From Patescibacteria group bacterium UBA3466 (GTDB lineage: Bacteria; Patescibacteriota; Minisyncoccia; Phycocordibacterales; UBA918): a stretch of DNA of 64,000 nucleotides. The stretch lies in the NCBI GenBank assembly GCA_002378195.1, contig DFRJ01000001.1:29517-93516 (forward strand), read 5' to 3'. The translations under genes were made by a program, and so were the position numbers. Of the stretch, positions 29,305 through 40,325 are shown in pieces. The notes under the pieces are model-generated. The model did not search any database, had not been told where the DNA came from, and saw only the letters and a program-made list of their open reading frames with translations. The number at the start of each line of letters is the position of its first letter. Position 1 is the first letter of the stretch.

Positions 29305-30063
29305 CTAAATTGTTGCGTTAATAATAGCCGTAAAGTCTTCAGCCTTGAGACTAGCTCCTCCTACCAAAAAACCATTCATGCCACCGTCTTGGTGTAATTC
29401 TGTGGCGTTGTGCGGCTTCACAGATCCACCGTAGAGCAACCTAACATTACGAGCTGTTGCTCGGTCATATATTTTAGTTAGCACACTTTCGATAAATAAT
29501 TGCATCTCCTTTACATCTTCTGCTGTAGCAGTTTTACCGGTACCGATTGCCCAAATTGGCTCATAGGCGAGAACTACTCTTTTCATTTGAGCAGGTTTAA
29601 GTGTTTTTGCTAAGCTGCGAATCTGTTTTTGTACAAAGTTGAAAAAATCTCCTTTATCATCACGCTTACTTTCCCCGATGCAAACAATGGGAGTAAGTTT
29701 GTGTTTCAGTACCATTGCCACCTTCTGAGCCACATCCTCATCATTCTCTCCCATGGCTCGGCGCTCAGAATGCCCGATGATCACAAATTCTACCCCTAGG
29801 TCTTTCAATTGCAGCACGGACACTTCTCCAGTGTGTGCTCCCATGTTTTTGTGATAAACATCTTGTGCTGCTAATGACGTCGGGGTCTTAGAGATTTTCT
29901 TACCCACTTCTGACAAATACGGAAATGGGGGAGCCACTGCAACATAGGCATCGGTTATTTTTTTGTTCTTACGAGCTACGCCAGCGGCTAAATCGCTAGC
30001 TTCTTTTAGAGTAATTGGATTTAATTTCCAATTTCCAACAACTAGGGCGTGTGTTTTTTTCAT
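29305..30063 (-). CDS. tpiA: Triosephosphate isomerase
   Basis: VVGNWKLN, GHSERR and AYEPIWAIGTG are TIM signatures. The start was moved to MKKTHALVVGNWKLN, and the gene is joined to pgk with a 1-nt gap. Confidence 0.9.
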   Translation of the reverse strand: MKKTHALVVGNWKLNPITLKEASDLAAGVARKNKKITDAYVAVAPPFPYLSEVGKKISKTPTSLAAQDVYHKNMGAHTGEVSVLQLKDLGVEFVIIGHSERRAMGENDEDVAQKVAMVLKHKLTPIVCIGESKRDDKGDFFNFVQKQIRSLAKTLKPAQMKRVVLAYEPIWAIGTGKTATAEDVKEMQLFIESVLTKIYDRATARNVRLLYGGSVKPHNATELHQDGGMNGFLVGGASLKAEDFTAIINATI

Positions 30064-30345
30064 ACTTGAGAATTGTAGCACGCAAAAAAATCTCCTTTCG
30101 GAGATTTAACTGCAATATAAACGTGCCCAAAGCTGCATACTGAGTCCCGCATATCGTCTCGTAAGCATCGACGATTCCTCGCTCGCGCTCGGAGGAGGTA
30201 AATCGTGACCAGGTAATTCTGTGATGGAAAGTACCTACTCTGCAAACGTGCCTAAAGATTAGTTTTTGTCCCACTTATTTCCTCATAAATATCGGAAATT
30301 TCTGACTCTCGTCAGAATCAGGTAGAAAGCTAAGCAGTTTGCTTT

Positions 30346-31761
30346 CTACCCATCCTGACGCCAGTCATCAAACATATAGACATCTGATGTTTCAGGCGTC
30401 ATCGGTGGTGGATTATCTACTTGGTCTTGATCAAACGAAGTAATTCGATTAGCAAATCCGGAACTATAGGATCCACAATAGGAACCGGTCCACTTTGTAC
30501 CAACTCGTCCGTTTGAAATCACACTACCAAATCTGGTAAGTGAATTGCGGCAGACGTATGCGTCCAACCACCATGGTAGACGACTGGTCCAATAGTGATT
30601 GCGACCAAAGCGACCATTTTGCGCTACAAACAAACCGTTAGCCGTCATGTTGTTTGGCACCTCCAGACCGACATCAATATCATCTTCTGCGATTGCTAAA
30701 AGACCAGCTGGAGCACCGGCTGCGTAGGTTATATCGTCATGCAACACAATATTAGTCTCTGATCCGGAGGAGAGATTAGCAGCGGCCAAAGTGACTTTTT
30801 GGGTTATCTCACCTTCGAGCCAAACCTTGTCTTCAATATAAATTAGTGGGCAATTAGGGTCTATCGCTTCAGTCGCCACAAATGATTCGCCAGTAATGAC
30901 ATTCCGCTCGCCCCAATGCCAACCTTGTGAAGTACTATAAGCGCGATAGTTATAAGTGCTGGTCACCTCTCTGATTGTGATCGTTCCGTCGCCATTAAAA
31001 ATTACTCGATAACCCCAACCACTTGATGGGCCATAGTAAATACCGCCGTCATTCTCAGCATGATCTTTTATCTCGCTCAAATCCAGGGTGATGCCAGCAA
31101 AATCAACTGGTGAAACTGGGAAAGAAAATAATCCTGGAGTGGCATTTCCACTTGTCGTAAATACACCATCGACGGTCGGATTCCCCGCACATCCAAACGA
31201 GCTGGTGCAAGTCCAATCTGACTGCCCGCTGCCCACAAAAGAATTATGTGATCCGTCCATTCTAATTCCCTGATTGGAATGTACCGGACCAGTAATTACA
31301 CGGTCTGACCCATACCACACGCCACCGTTAGTGATAAATGAATACTCGGCCACTGTCGGCAAACTATAACGTGCACTCACGGTACTAACCGCCGATGGAT
31401 CTTGGTAAGTAAAACCAGATGATGTCACTTCGATCGAAGCTGTACTGCCGCAATAAGTATTGCGACTAATCGTCAAAGTGTACTCGCCAATATCTCCGTC
31501 CTCGGGGTCTGTATATACGCTACTGGTACTTACAGTTGCATCATCAGGAAAATGAGCTAAATACCAACGGTAGAAATTTAGACCAGCTTCAGCAATCTCA
31601 GTGGCTTTTTGTTGCTCTTCACGGAAATTAACTACTTGGTTTTGCGTAATGATATAGCTAGTGAAAGAGGCCAAAATAACTAAGAAGACGCTACCGAACA
31701 CCAAAACCAAAACCAGCAGGTAGCCGGACGATTTTGTAGTTTGTTGGTGTGATTGGAACAT
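30346..31761 (-). CDS. Hypothetical protein with an N-terminal transmembrane helix, probably pilus-associated
   Basis: It has one N-terminal transmembrane helix, is Gly/Ser/Thr-rich, and is the last gene of the pilus cluster. Confidence 0.45.
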   Translation of the reverse strand: MFQSHQQTTKSSGYLLVLVLVFGSVFLVILASFTSYIITQNQVVNFREEQQKATEIAEAGLNFYRWYLAHFPDDATVSTSSVYTDPEDGDIGEYTLTISRNTYCGSTASIEVTSSGFTYQDPSAVSTVSARYSLPTVAEYSFITNGGVWYGSDRVITGPVHSNQGIRMDGSHNSFVGSGQSDWTCTSSFGCAGNPTVDGVFTTSGNATPGLFSFPVSPVDFAGITLDLSEIKDHAENDGGIYYGPSSGWGYRVIFNGDGTITIREVTSTYNYRAYSTSQGWHWGERNVITGESFVATEAIDPNCPLIYIEDKVWLEGEITQKVTLAAANLSSGSETNIVLHDDITYAAGAPAGLLAIAEDDIDVGLEVPNNMTANGLFVAQNGRFGRNHYWTSRLPWWLDAYVCRNSLTRFGSVISNGRVGTKWTGSYCGSYSSGFANRITSFDQDQVDNPPPMTPETSDVYMFDDWRQDG

Positions 31762-31765
31762 ATAC

Positions 31766-32380
31766 TTATAGATTATCCTTCAAATTGCGAGGAGCAAGAC
31801 TAGACCTGAGCATAAACTCCCCCGGCGCCCTAATCGGGTCAATATTTACAATCAACTGAGCGGCAATGTATCGCACATCGATAATTGGCGAAGTTGAACT
31901 CAGTTGATTACCAGCATTATCAAAATACAAGAATGTTGAAGTCCCTTGCAGAATATTTTGTACATACAGTGATAAAGTAGTGGTCGCATCAGGAGACGTC
32001 AAATCATAAACCGGCGGGTTGCCAGTTGGATCATAAGTGAATTTATTGAGCGTGGTCTCGTCTAAAATGTATTCAACATATTCGACAGAATCATCTTGGT
32101 CGGTGTCACTATAATAGCCAAAATGGTGCTCATCAATTACTGCCACGGGGTAGGTACCATCTTCCGCCACTGTCATTTCTTTAGCATCTCGGTTCCATTG
32201 TGTCATACCGCGCCTTGCGTTCTCTACCTCATTTGCCTGGGCGGTAGTATAGGCAGAGATGTTATACAACTCTCGCACGGCTGCTGTTACCGCCAGTAGC
32301 AATACGGTATAAATGCCGATCACCACCACCATCTCCACAAAACTGAAACCTATTTGCTTTGTATCCTTAAAATTAGCCAT
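31766..32380 (-). CDS. Prepilin-type N-terminal cleavage/methylation domain protein (pilin or pseudopilin)
   Basis: KQIGFSFVEMVVVIGI is a class III signal peptide. Confidence 0.7.
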   Translation of the reverse strand: MANFKDTKQIGFSFVEMVVVIGIYTVLLLAVTAAVRELYNISAYTTAQANEVENARRGMTQWNRDAKEMTVAEDGTYPVAVIDEHHFGYYSDTDQDDSVEYVEYILDETTLNKFTYDPTGNPPVYDLTSPDATTTLSLYVQNILQGTSTFLYFDNAGNQLSSTSPIIDVRYIAAQLIVNIDPIRAPGEFMLRSSLAPRNLKDNL

Positions 32381-32381
32381 A

Positions 32382-34145
32382 CTATTCAGTCATTATTACC
32401 TGCAAGAAAGTATCACCATCAATTTCATACGGGTCAATCGTCTGCCCTACATATCCAGCGGCTGTGATATTAACCTCATAATCCTCTTCCGCTATCAGAC
32501 CGCCGGTGAAAAATGTTTGACCGCAGTTATCAGTTTCTTGGGTGACGTCATAACCAGTGCGGTTTACATTTACTTCTACCCCGGGCAATACCCTGCCTGT
32601 CACGTCGACCACATTTACCCGTAAAGTATTAGCAGCTCCACCAACTAAACGCAGATCAAGATTACCGTTGATTCCAGCCAAGTGACTAAAGGGGTGAGCG
32701 GGGCAAGCACTAGCGATATCTCTACCTCCAGAAATATTAAGTGTGTATTCATCGAATTCTAAATCAGTAATCGTATGTTCGCCTGATAAATCAGTGGTCA
32801 AAGAATCGGTGAATTTATAAATTGGTGAAGCATCATCTTCTGTGCCTATTAACTTCGCACCCTGAATATCAAAACCTACGCTACCTAGTGAGGTCTCGCC
32901 ATCACGATAATAAACATCGATCTCATCAACCTGAGGTGACACCGTGGTGTCAGAAGTAGTAAGGTTGATCCCAACAAAAATTGACGAATAAACGCTGGTG
33001 CTCAGTTCAGAAATATCGATAATATTGTCTGTGAAGCCAGCTAGGTTACCGGGCAAATCAATTTCGGGAATTAAAGTAAAAGTGTAAGGACCAGTTCCTA
33101 CCCCAGTAAACAACTGTACTTCTTGTGTGGTGTTAGCGGGAATATCTCTAGCTACCCGTACCGTATCCCAACCTAGCAAACCAGCTGGATTAATCGGGCC
33201 GACATAAACCACTCCACTAGTATCATAGACACCTAGCGTATTAGCGAGCTCTAATTCACCAGCAAACGACCTCACTCCACTACTAGATGCAACCGATAGC
33301 AAATCAGCGAAGTCTTCTCGGAAATATTGATCACTCCAATCAGAAAAAGTATTTATATCTAAATCACTCAACTCATCAATCTGAAAAGTGAGAGTTGACA
33401 CATCTGCCTCTAAGACAGTAAAGGGTGAAACTGATGGATTCGGATTGGTGGTGGTAGCTTCGTATGTCTGGTCGGTTGAGTATTGGTCTCCACTTATGTT
33501 TGCTGTCACTTCTACCTGATACCCGCTATCTGCCCGCACATTAAACAGGGCCTCGCCATTATAATTGGTGAAATTTGTCACATCATATGGAAATGTAGAA
33601 CTAGAACCATACAAACGCACAGACGCTCCTGGCAGTAAACCGGCCTCTGAGTCAATCACAATAATCCTAGCAGTTCCACCACCGGTAGTCGTTTCGATTG
33701 AACGCGGTACGATATTACTCAACAGCACCACACTACTGGTAGCACCGCCCCGGTTCCAAGTGTATTCCAGTCTGACTTTTTTATAATCAAAAATAATTCC
33801 GTTACCATCGATACCCGCCACATCGTCACCCGGATCATTGATCCAGTCGATACGCACTCGCTCGATAAACTCGATACCGTTTAAGGTGGTGGTACTGGTC
33901 TGCGGAATATTGCCAGCAGGATCACCGGCTATTACCCCCACATCTGCATAAGGTAAGGAACGGATGTACTCCATTCGATCATTAGCAATCGACAAAGCGC
34001 TCAACTTAGCCTCTGTGTTATTGATGAGATTAACTGAGTAGCTAAATGATGAGATTAAAGCTCCAAATACTAGCGTAATCAAAGCTGACACAATCAAAAC
34101 CTCTACTAGTGAGATCCCCAATTGTGACAATTTGATTTTATGCAT
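32382..34145 (-). CDS. Large prepilin-domain protein (minor pilin or pilus-tip protein)
   Basis: QLGISLVEVLIVSALI is a prepilin N-terminus, and the protein is 587 aa. Confidence 0.65.
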   Translation of the reverse strand: MHKIKLSQLGISLVEVLIVSALITLVFGALISSFSYSVNLINNTEAKLSALSIANDRMEYIRSLPYADVGVIAGDPAGNIPQTSTTTLNGIEFIERVRIDWINDPGDDVAGIDGNGIIFDYKKVRLEYTWNRGGATSSVVLLSNIVPRSIETTTGGGTARIIVIDSEAGLLPGASVRLYGSSSTFPYDVTNFTNYNGEALFNVRADSGYQVEVTANISGDQYSTDQTYEATTTNPNPSVSPFTVLEADVSTLTFQIDELSDLDINTFSDWSDQYFREDFADLLSVASSSGVRSFAGELELANTLGVYDTSGVVYVGPINPAGLLGWDTVRVARDIPANTTQEVQLFTGVGTGPYTFTLIPEIDLPGNLAGFTDNIIDISELSTSVYSSIFVGINLTTSDTTVSPQVDEIDVYYRDGETSLGSVGFDIQGAKLIGTEDDASPIYKFTDSLTTDLSGEHTITDLEFDEYTLNISGGRDIASACPAHPFSHLAGINGNLDLRLVGGAANTLRVNVVDVTGRVLPGVEVNVNRTGYDVTQETDNCGQTFFTGGLIAEEDYEVNITAAGYVGQTIDPYEIDGDTFLQVIMTE

Positions 34146-34150
34146 AGATA

Positions 34151-35380
34151 CTAGCCAATACCGTCTGAAATAGAATAGATTGGCGCAATCAACGCCATAG
34201 CAAAGAAGCCCACCCCGCCACCAATCACCACCATCAAAAGTGGTTCAATGATGGTCGACAGGTCTTTGGTTTTTCTTTCTACCTCAGTTTCATAAAACTG
34301 TGCCAACTCTCCCAACATACCAGCAATCTGACCAGTTTCTTCACCCACCAAAATCATTTCTCCTACCAACACAGGATACAAATCTTTTCTTTCAATAAAT
34401 GTTTCCGATAGTGCCGTTCCCTTCTCTACCCGCACCGACGCTTCAGCTAAGATTTTTTTATAAAATACGTTTTGCAGCACTTCTTCGGTGATATCAATAG
34501 ACTGAATAACATCCACACCTGAATTCAGAAGAGACGACAGGGTTCGTGCGGTACGAGCGGCATTAACCTCTTTGGCAATAGTCCCAATAACTGGCAACCG
34601 CACCACCACCCAAGAACTGACAATCTTACCGATCTTAGTTTTTAGGAAATACATAAATCCGACAATGAGTCCGACCATGCCACCAATTACCACAATAGTG
34701 TAATTTTGCATAAAATTACTAGCTGTAATCAAAAACTGAGTAGTGGCCGGCAAGTCTTTATCCATACCTTCAAATACCCCCGTGATTTGTGGCATCACGT
34801 AGATCATCATCAAAATTCCAATCACTACCATTACCACCACCACAATACTTGGATAAATCATGGCGCCCTTCACTTTTTTCTTGAGGTTGTTTGAGCGCTC
34901 CATCTGAATCGCCAATGTTTGTAGAGCTTCAGCTAGGTTTCCACTTTCTTCACCCGCCTTCACCATAGCCACATACAGATCATCAAACACCTCGGGAAAG
35001 TCTTGTAAAGACTCATAAAAAGTTCCTCCCTGATTGATCTTCTCGACCATACTCTTAGTGACCCCCTGCATGCGTGGATTGGTACTCTGTCTTTCAATCA
35101 CCGACAAAGCTCGAGTGACAGTAAGTCCAGCATTAAGCATCGAACCTAGGTTTCGGGTCACCATCACCAGCTCGTCTCCGGTCACGCGGCTGAGGAAATA
35201 GTTCATCTTCTCAACATTGATCAGACGACTAAAACTAAACTTTGAAGTCTCTTCAATAGAGGATACTGTATGCCCTTGCCCACGTGCGACCGCATAGACT
35301 CCAAAACGATCCTCCGCCTCAACGGTTTCAGTTACCTTCTTGCCTTCACTATCTTCCCCAGTGTAGGTAAAAGTGGCCAT
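34151..35380 (-). CDS. pilC: Type IV pilus assembly platform protein PilC/GspF
   Basis: It has the GspF family architecture with three transmembrane helices and conserved cytoplasmic domains. Confidence 0.85.
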   Translation of the reverse strand: MATFTYTGEDSEGKKVTETVEAEDRFGVYAVARGQGHTVSSIEETSKFSFSRLINVEKMNYFLSRVTGDELVMVTRNLGSMLNAGLTVTRALSVIERQSTNPRMQGVTKSMVEKINQGGTFYESLQDFPEVFDDLYVAMVKAGEESGNLAEALQTLAIQMERSNNLKKKVKGAMIYPSIVVVVMVVIGILMMIYVMPQITGVFEGMDKDLPATTQFLITASNFMQNYTIVVIGGMVGLIVGFMYFLKTKIGKIVSSWVVVRLPVIGTIAKEVNAARTARTLSSLLNSGVDVIQSIDITEEVLQNVFYKKILAEASVRVEKGTALSETFIERKDLYPVLVGEMILVGEETGQIAGMLGELAQFYETEVERKTKDLSTIIEPLLMVVIGGGVGFFAMALIAPIYSISDGIG

Positions 35381-35388
35381 ACTAATGA

Positions 35389-37137
35389 TTATTCGTTAAT
35401 TACTCTTAATACTTCTTCGATACTAGTCAGGCCTTGTGCTGCCTTGAAAATACCGTCTTCAATCATAGTGAGCATTCCTTCCTTGCGCGCTTGTTCTTGC
35501 AATTCTTCACCGGTCTTCTCTGCCATTACCATTTCTCGAATGCCGGGTGACACTTCCAGTACTTCATGAATACCCATCCGACCGTTGTAGCCATCTTCGG
35601 TCTCACCTTTTTCTTTTGGATGATAAAACGGCACATCATTCCAGGTCGCGTCATCATTAACCACTTTCTCTTCTTTCAGGGCGGCAAGGACGAGGTCGAG
35701 ATTCACCTTCTCGCCCAACTCATCTTTCTCGGCTTTGGTGAGAATGTATGGCAATTTGTCATCAGCCAGCTTTCGCACCAATCGTTGACCAATTGCCACT
35801 CGCAAAGTTGAGGTAAGCAGGAATGATTCGGCACCCATGTCAGTCAAGCGTGCGATGGTTCCAGATGCTGAGTTGGTGTGAATAGTCGCTAGCACTAAGT
35901 GCCCGGTCAACGCTGCATTGATCGCCAACGATGCCGTTTCTTCATCACGAATCTCCCCCACCATAATCACATCAGGGTCCTGACGCATAAGAGACCGGAG
36001 ACCAGCAGCAAAGGTGAAGCCAATATCAGGCTTAACCTGAGACTGATTTACTCGTGGCATTTGGTACTCGATCGGATCTTCGATGGTAGAAATGTTTACT
36101 TCCGGTGTATTTAAAAGATCGAGAATAGTATAGAGAGTAGTCGACTTACCAGAACCAGTTGGCCCGGTGACCAAAATAATTCCGGTAGTGGCGCGGGTAG
36201 CCCGGTGAATCCGGTCGAGAGTGGTGCCATGGAAACCAATTCCTTCTAGTGAGAAACCGCTGCGGTTTTCCCGCAACAAACGCATTACCACCTTTTCACC
36301 ATAAAAAGTTGGTAGCATTGAAACTCGAAACGCCACTTTCTGTCCATCCATCTCCATCTTGAATCGTCCGTCTTGCGGAAGACGTTTTTGGTCAAGCTTG
36401 AGGTTTGAAAGCACCTTGAGACGGGCCACGATACTGCTATCAGCAATCTTTGGCAACTTCATCGCGTCGTTCAAAATACCGTCAATGCGATACCGCACCA
36501 ACACCTCCTCTTCCATTGGTTCAATATGAATATCAGATGCTCCTTGAATGATCGCGTGTCGAAGGAGTGTGTCGACAATACGTACCACCGGCAGGTCTTC
36601 CGCCATCTTCTTCAGCTCCTTCTCACTAACTTCCTCTCCTTCTTCATTCAAGACCTTCAATTCTGAAGCGTCTTTCATAATAAGATCACCAAACTCATCT
36701 TTGAGGTTTTTTTGGTACATTCTAAGCGCGCCTCGCATTGATTCAGTGTCGGTAAGGCGTGGCTGGATTTTGAGACCCACCTTTTTCTTTACAAAGTCGA
36801 TGGCTGGCAGGTCGGCGGTATCGAGCATGGCCACTTCGAGTGTATCTTCGCTCTTTTTGTAGGCAATAATATTGTGAGTTCGAGCTACTGGCTCGGGGAT
36901 GAGAGTAAGGGTTTCAAAGTCTATTTTCATTTCCTTGAGAGAAACAAACGGAATTCCAAGTACATATGACTCAACGCGACGCATATCGTCCTCGGTCATG
37001 TGGCCGTGTGAGATAAGAGCTTCACTTAAAGTACGCTTCTCTTCCTTGGCGATTTTCTCAGCCTCAGCAATATCAGCCTTGGTGATTAAACCAGCATCTA
37101 AGATAAACCGCTTGAGTTGATCATCTTGAATACGCAT
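35389..37137 (-). CDS. pilB: Type IV pilus assembly ATPase PilB/GspE
   Basis: The N-terminal GspE_N domain is followed by Walker A (GPTGSGKSTTLY) and a His box. Confidence 0.9.
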   Translation of the reverse strand: MRIQDDQLKRFILDAGLITKADIAEAEKIAKEEKRTLSEALISHGHMTEDDMRRVESYVLGIPFVSLKEMKIDFETLTLIPEPVARTHNIIAYKKSEDTLEVAMLDTADLPAIDFVKKKVGLKIQPRLTDTESMRGALRMYQKNLKDEFGDLIMKDASELKVLNEEGEEVSEKELKKMAEDLPVVRIVDTLLRHAIIQGASDIHIEPMEEEVLVRYRIDGILNDAMKLPKIADSSIVARLKVLSNLKLDQKRLPQDGRFKMEMDGQKVAFRVSMLPTFYGEKVVMRLLRENRSGFSLEGIGFHGTTLDRIHRATRATTGIILVTGPTGSGKSTTLYTILDLLNTPEVNISTIEDPIEYQMPRVNQSQVKPDIGFTFAAGLRSLMRQDPDVIMVGEIRDEETASLAINAALTGHLVLATIHTNSASGTIARLTDMGAESFLLTSTLRVAIGQRLVRKLADDKLPYILTKAEKDELGEKVNLDLVLAALKEEKVVNDDATWNDVPFYHPKEKGETEDGYNGRMGIHEVLEVSPGIREMVMAEKTGEELQEQARKEGMLTMIEDGIFKAAQGLTSIEEVLRVINE

Positions 37138-37238
37138 ACGAAAAAATACACAGAACCATTACCTCCGGAACTTGTTGCTTACATTATATCACCTCTCTCC
37201 CAATAGCTCGGTCGGATGTTCACGATTAATATTTCTCT

Positions 37239-37316
37239 TTGACTTTTGGAGGACCTGAGAGTATATTTAATTTATCTGATGAATGACTGCTCGGCCTGTG
37301 GCCGAGCCGTTTTCTA
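37239..37316 (+). promoter_or_regulatory. nusA promoter plus a leader terminator-like hairpin (candidate attenuator)
   Basis: TTGACT, a 17-nt spacer and TATATT at 37239-37267 are followed by the hairpin gctcggcc-tgtg-gccgagc and cgttttct at 37288-37316. The element ends 68 nt upstream of the nusA ATG. Confidence 0.45.
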
Positions 37317-37383
37317 ACCAGACAACTTAATAATCAGCGTTGTATCACATGACTCGATTCATGATGCAGCGCGCAATAAACAA

Positions 37384-38859
37384 TTGAATATGTTTGATCT
37401 AAAAGTAATTAATTCAGTATTAACTGAAATGGAAGAAGAGCGAGGGATCCCTCGTGAACGAATGATTGACGCGATTGAGCAATCACTTGCAACTGCATAC
37501 AAGAAGGAATTTGGTAAAAGAGGGCAAATTGTCACTTGCGCCTTTGATATGGAGACCGGTACAACCACCTTCAATCAAATCAAGATTGTGGTTGACGAAT
37601 CAATGCTCAAGCCAGAACCAGAGCTAGACGAAGAAGGTAACCCGATCGAAGAGGAGGTTGAGACCGAGGAAGAAGACGAGGAAAACCCGAAGGTGCGCTT
37701 TGATGAGGAAAAGCACATCATGATCGATACGGCGAAGATGATTAAGAAAGATGTGGAGCTTAACGAAGAACTAGTTTTTCCATTGGAAGCTAAGGATGAT
37801 TTTGGTCGGATTGCTGCCCAAACAGCTAAGCAAGTGATCATGCAAAAGATTCGTGAAGCTGAGAAAGAATCTGCCCTGGCAGAATTTGGTCAAAAAGCTG
37901 GCGACATCGTGATTGGTCACGTTCAACGATTTGAACGAGGTAATCTATACGTCGATCTCGGACGGGTAACCGCCATCATGCCTTACGAAGAGCAAATTCC
38001 CGGGGAACGATTCAAGCCAGGAGAAAGGCTCCGAGCTATCTTGCTGGCAGTAGAAGAAACTCCACGAGGGATCTTCCTGAAACTATCTCGATCACACCCT
38101 GACTTCTTGGTTTCACTATTTACTGTCGAAGCGCCAGAACTACAAACTGGAGCGGTTGAAGTAAAGGCGGTAGCTCGAGAAGCCGGCGCACGATCAAAGA
38201 TTGCCGTTCACGCGGTTGATGAGCACATTGACCCAGTAGGATCACTAGTTGGTCAACGAGGAGTGCGAGTATCAACTGTAATGAGTGAGTTAGGTGGTGA
38301 AAAAATCGACATCATTGAATGGTCACCTGAAGTAACGGAGTTCCTAGAAGACTCACTCTCTCCAGCTCAAGTAATGTCTATCAAAATTGAGGCTGAACCA
38401 AACGAAGAAGAGGGCGAGCGAGGTCATGCCATTGCTGAAGTGTCTGGCGACCAACAATCACTAGCTATTGGACGAGGTGGTCAAAACGTACGACTAGCAG
38501 CAAAGCTTACTGGCTGGAAGATCGACATCATCTCGGCTAATACTGGTGAAGACCTAGCCGAGGCAGACGCTGATGGATCAGTTGAGGTTGACGCCCCAGC
38601 TGATACAGCAGTTGGTCAGGATGACGCGGTACTAGAAAGCGAAGATGCTACTACTGATCAGCCAGACTTGGAAGAAGTGCTTGACGAAGAAGATGATACA
38701 AAAGATCGAGACATGACTGAAGGTGCTGTGGCTGAGGGCGAAGACGAGATCGACACTCCGGAGGAAGCTGAAGAAGAGTTGGCTCCAGCTGTAGACGAAG
38801 AAATCGCTGAAGAAATTGAAGCGACCGAAGAAAGTGAGGAAGAGGAAAAGAAAGATTAG
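37384..38859 (+). CDS. nusA: Transcription termination/antitermination factor NusA with an acidic C-terminal tail
   Basis: NusA N-terminal domain, S1 domain and two KH domains are followed by a roughly 120-aa Asp/Glu-rich tail. Confidence 0.9.
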   Translation: MNMFDLKVINSVLTEMEEERGIPRERMIDAIEQSLATAYKKEFGKRGQIVTCAFDMETGTTTFNQIKIVVDESMLKPEPELDEEGNPIEEEVETEEEDEENPKVRFDEEKHIMIDTAKMIKKDVELNEELVFPLEAKDDFGRIAAQTAKQVIMQKIREAEKESALAEFGQKAGDIVIGHVQRFERGNLYVDLGRVTAIMPYEEQIPGERFKPGERLRAILLAVEETPRGIFLKLSRSHPDFLVSLFTVEAPELQTGAVEVKAVAREAGARSKIAVHAVDEHIDPVGSLVGQRGVRVSTVMSELGGEKIDIIEWSPEVTEFLEDSLSPAQVMSIKIEAEPNEEEGERGHAIAEVSGDQQSLAIGRGGQNVRLAAKLTGWKIDIISANTGEDLAEADADGSVEVDAPADTAVGQDDAVLESEDATTDQPDLEEVLDEEDDTKDRDMTEGAVAEGEDEIDTPEEAEEELAPAVDEEIAEEIEATEESEEEEKKD

Positions 38860-38865
38860 TTGAAA

Positions 38866-38908
38866 AACAAAAGGCCGGCGAGCGAAGCTCGCCGGCCTTT
38901 TGTTTTTT
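38866..38908. terminator. Intrinsic terminator
   Basis: aaaa-ggccggcgagc-gaa-gctcgccggcc-ttttgttttt. Confidence 0.8.
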
Positions 38909-38949
38909 CCATTCTCGCGCTACTATAACGAACACAATATTATATAAAT

Positions 38950-39468
38950 ATGAACTTACTTCACGATATTCCAGCGGGTTCCGCTGACGAAATGAACGTT
39001 GTTATTGAAATCCCTAAGCTTTCAAAGAACAAATACGAAATTGATAAAGAAACTGGCCTAATTGCCCTCGACCGAGTGATGCACACCGCGCAGGACTATC
39101 CATTCGATTATGGTTTTGTACCGCAAACTCTTTTTGATGACGGTGATGCTCTTGATGTGGTACTCGTCACCACTTACCCGCTTGCCCCGGGCATCTTAGT
39201 AAAAGCTCGACCAGTAGCCATCATGGAAATGATTGATGGAGGTGAGCGCGACGACAAAGTAGTGGCGGTACCAGTTGACGACCCGCGCTTTGCTGACGTC
39301 AAAGATATCGACGACCTAAATCCGCACTTTAAGAAAGAAATGACTCATTTCTTTGAAACCTACAAGAAAGTACAAAACAAAGAAGTAGAGGTGGGCGAAT
39401 GGCATGGTGCTGAAAAAGCTAAAGAAGCCTTTACAAAAAGCTGCGAAATGTATAAAAACGACAAATAA
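38950..39468 (+). CDS. ppa: Inorganic pyrophosphatase
   Basis: DGDALDVVLV and the surrounding family I PPase motifs are present. Confidence 0.9.
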   Translation: MNLLHDIPAGSADEMNVVIEIPKLSKNKYEIDKETGLIALDRVMHTAQDYPFDYGFVPQTLFDDGDALDVVLVTTYPLAPGILVKARPVAIMEMIDGGERDDKVVAVPVDDPRFADVKDIDDLNPHFKKEMTHFFETYKKVQNKEVEVGEWHGAEKAKEAFTKSCEMYKNDK

Positions 39469-39564
39469 TTTCAGTTGTAAGCGGTTCTGTGTATAGCGCC
39501 GGTGGGACGAAAGTCCCACCGGCGCTATACTTTACCTACTATTAAAGAGGTATTAAGTAAAACT

Positions 39565-40302
39565 ATGAAAGCTATTAGTAATATTGTTATCAGTCAATTT
39601 GTTTTTTTATTAGCAGTAATGATGGTCACCAGCATTGCTTTTGCACAAGAGGAAACAACCGAAGAAGACACTCCGGTGACCGAAACTGAAGAAGCCGCTA
39701 ATGCTACTACAGAGGAAAATACAGACAAATCATCTGACAGAGAAACCCGCATACAAGAGCGCGAAGCGGCTCTCGAGGAGCGACAAGAAGCAATCGAGGA
39801 GCGCCGAGTAGAGGCGGCAGAAAATGCAGAAGCTAGACAAGCCGCAGCAACTGAAAAACGAGAGGAGATGGCAGCCAACCAAGCTGAACGAAAAGCTGCC
39901 CTGGAGGAACGAGGCAAAGAGCGTATCACTAATCTAGCAGCCAACATCAGTAATCGTATCGACGCTGCCATTGAACGCCTACAAAATATCATCGACAGAG
40001 TTGACTCGAGAATGCAAAAGCTGACAGACAGAGGCATCGACACTACTGCAGCCGAAGCTTCCCTGTCCGCCGCACAAGCTGCAGTCGATCAAGCCACAGC
40101 CAGCATTGCCAATATTGATGAAGAAGTAGCTGACGCTGTAAATTCATCCGACATCAGAACTGCTTGGGCTGATGTAAAGACTTTGTATGGTGAAGTCAGA
40201 GATCAACTAAAGGCAGCTCATACCGAACTGAGAAATACTGTCACCGAACTAAAAGCAGCCGTCGAAAGTGCCAAGACAGACGCCGCTGAGGATACGGAAT
40301 AA
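39565..40302 (+). CDS. Secreted coiled-coil protein
   Basis: A signal peptide (MKAISNIVISQFVFLLAVMMVTSIAFA) is followed by an Ala/Glu/Arg-rich heptad region. Confidence 0.5.
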   Translation: MKAISNIVISQFVFLLAVMMVTSIAFAQEETTEEDTPVTETEEAANATTEENTDKSSDRETRIQEREAALEERQEAIEERRVEAAENAEARQAAATEKREEMAANQAERKAALEERGKERITNLAANISNRIDAAIERLQNIIDRVDSRMQKLTDRGIDTTAAEASLSAAQAAVDQATASIANIDEEVADAVNSSDIRTAWADVKTLYGEVRDQLKAAHTELRNTVTELKAAVESAKTDAAEDTE

Positions 40303-40325
40303 TTTTATAAAGCTAAATTAAATCT

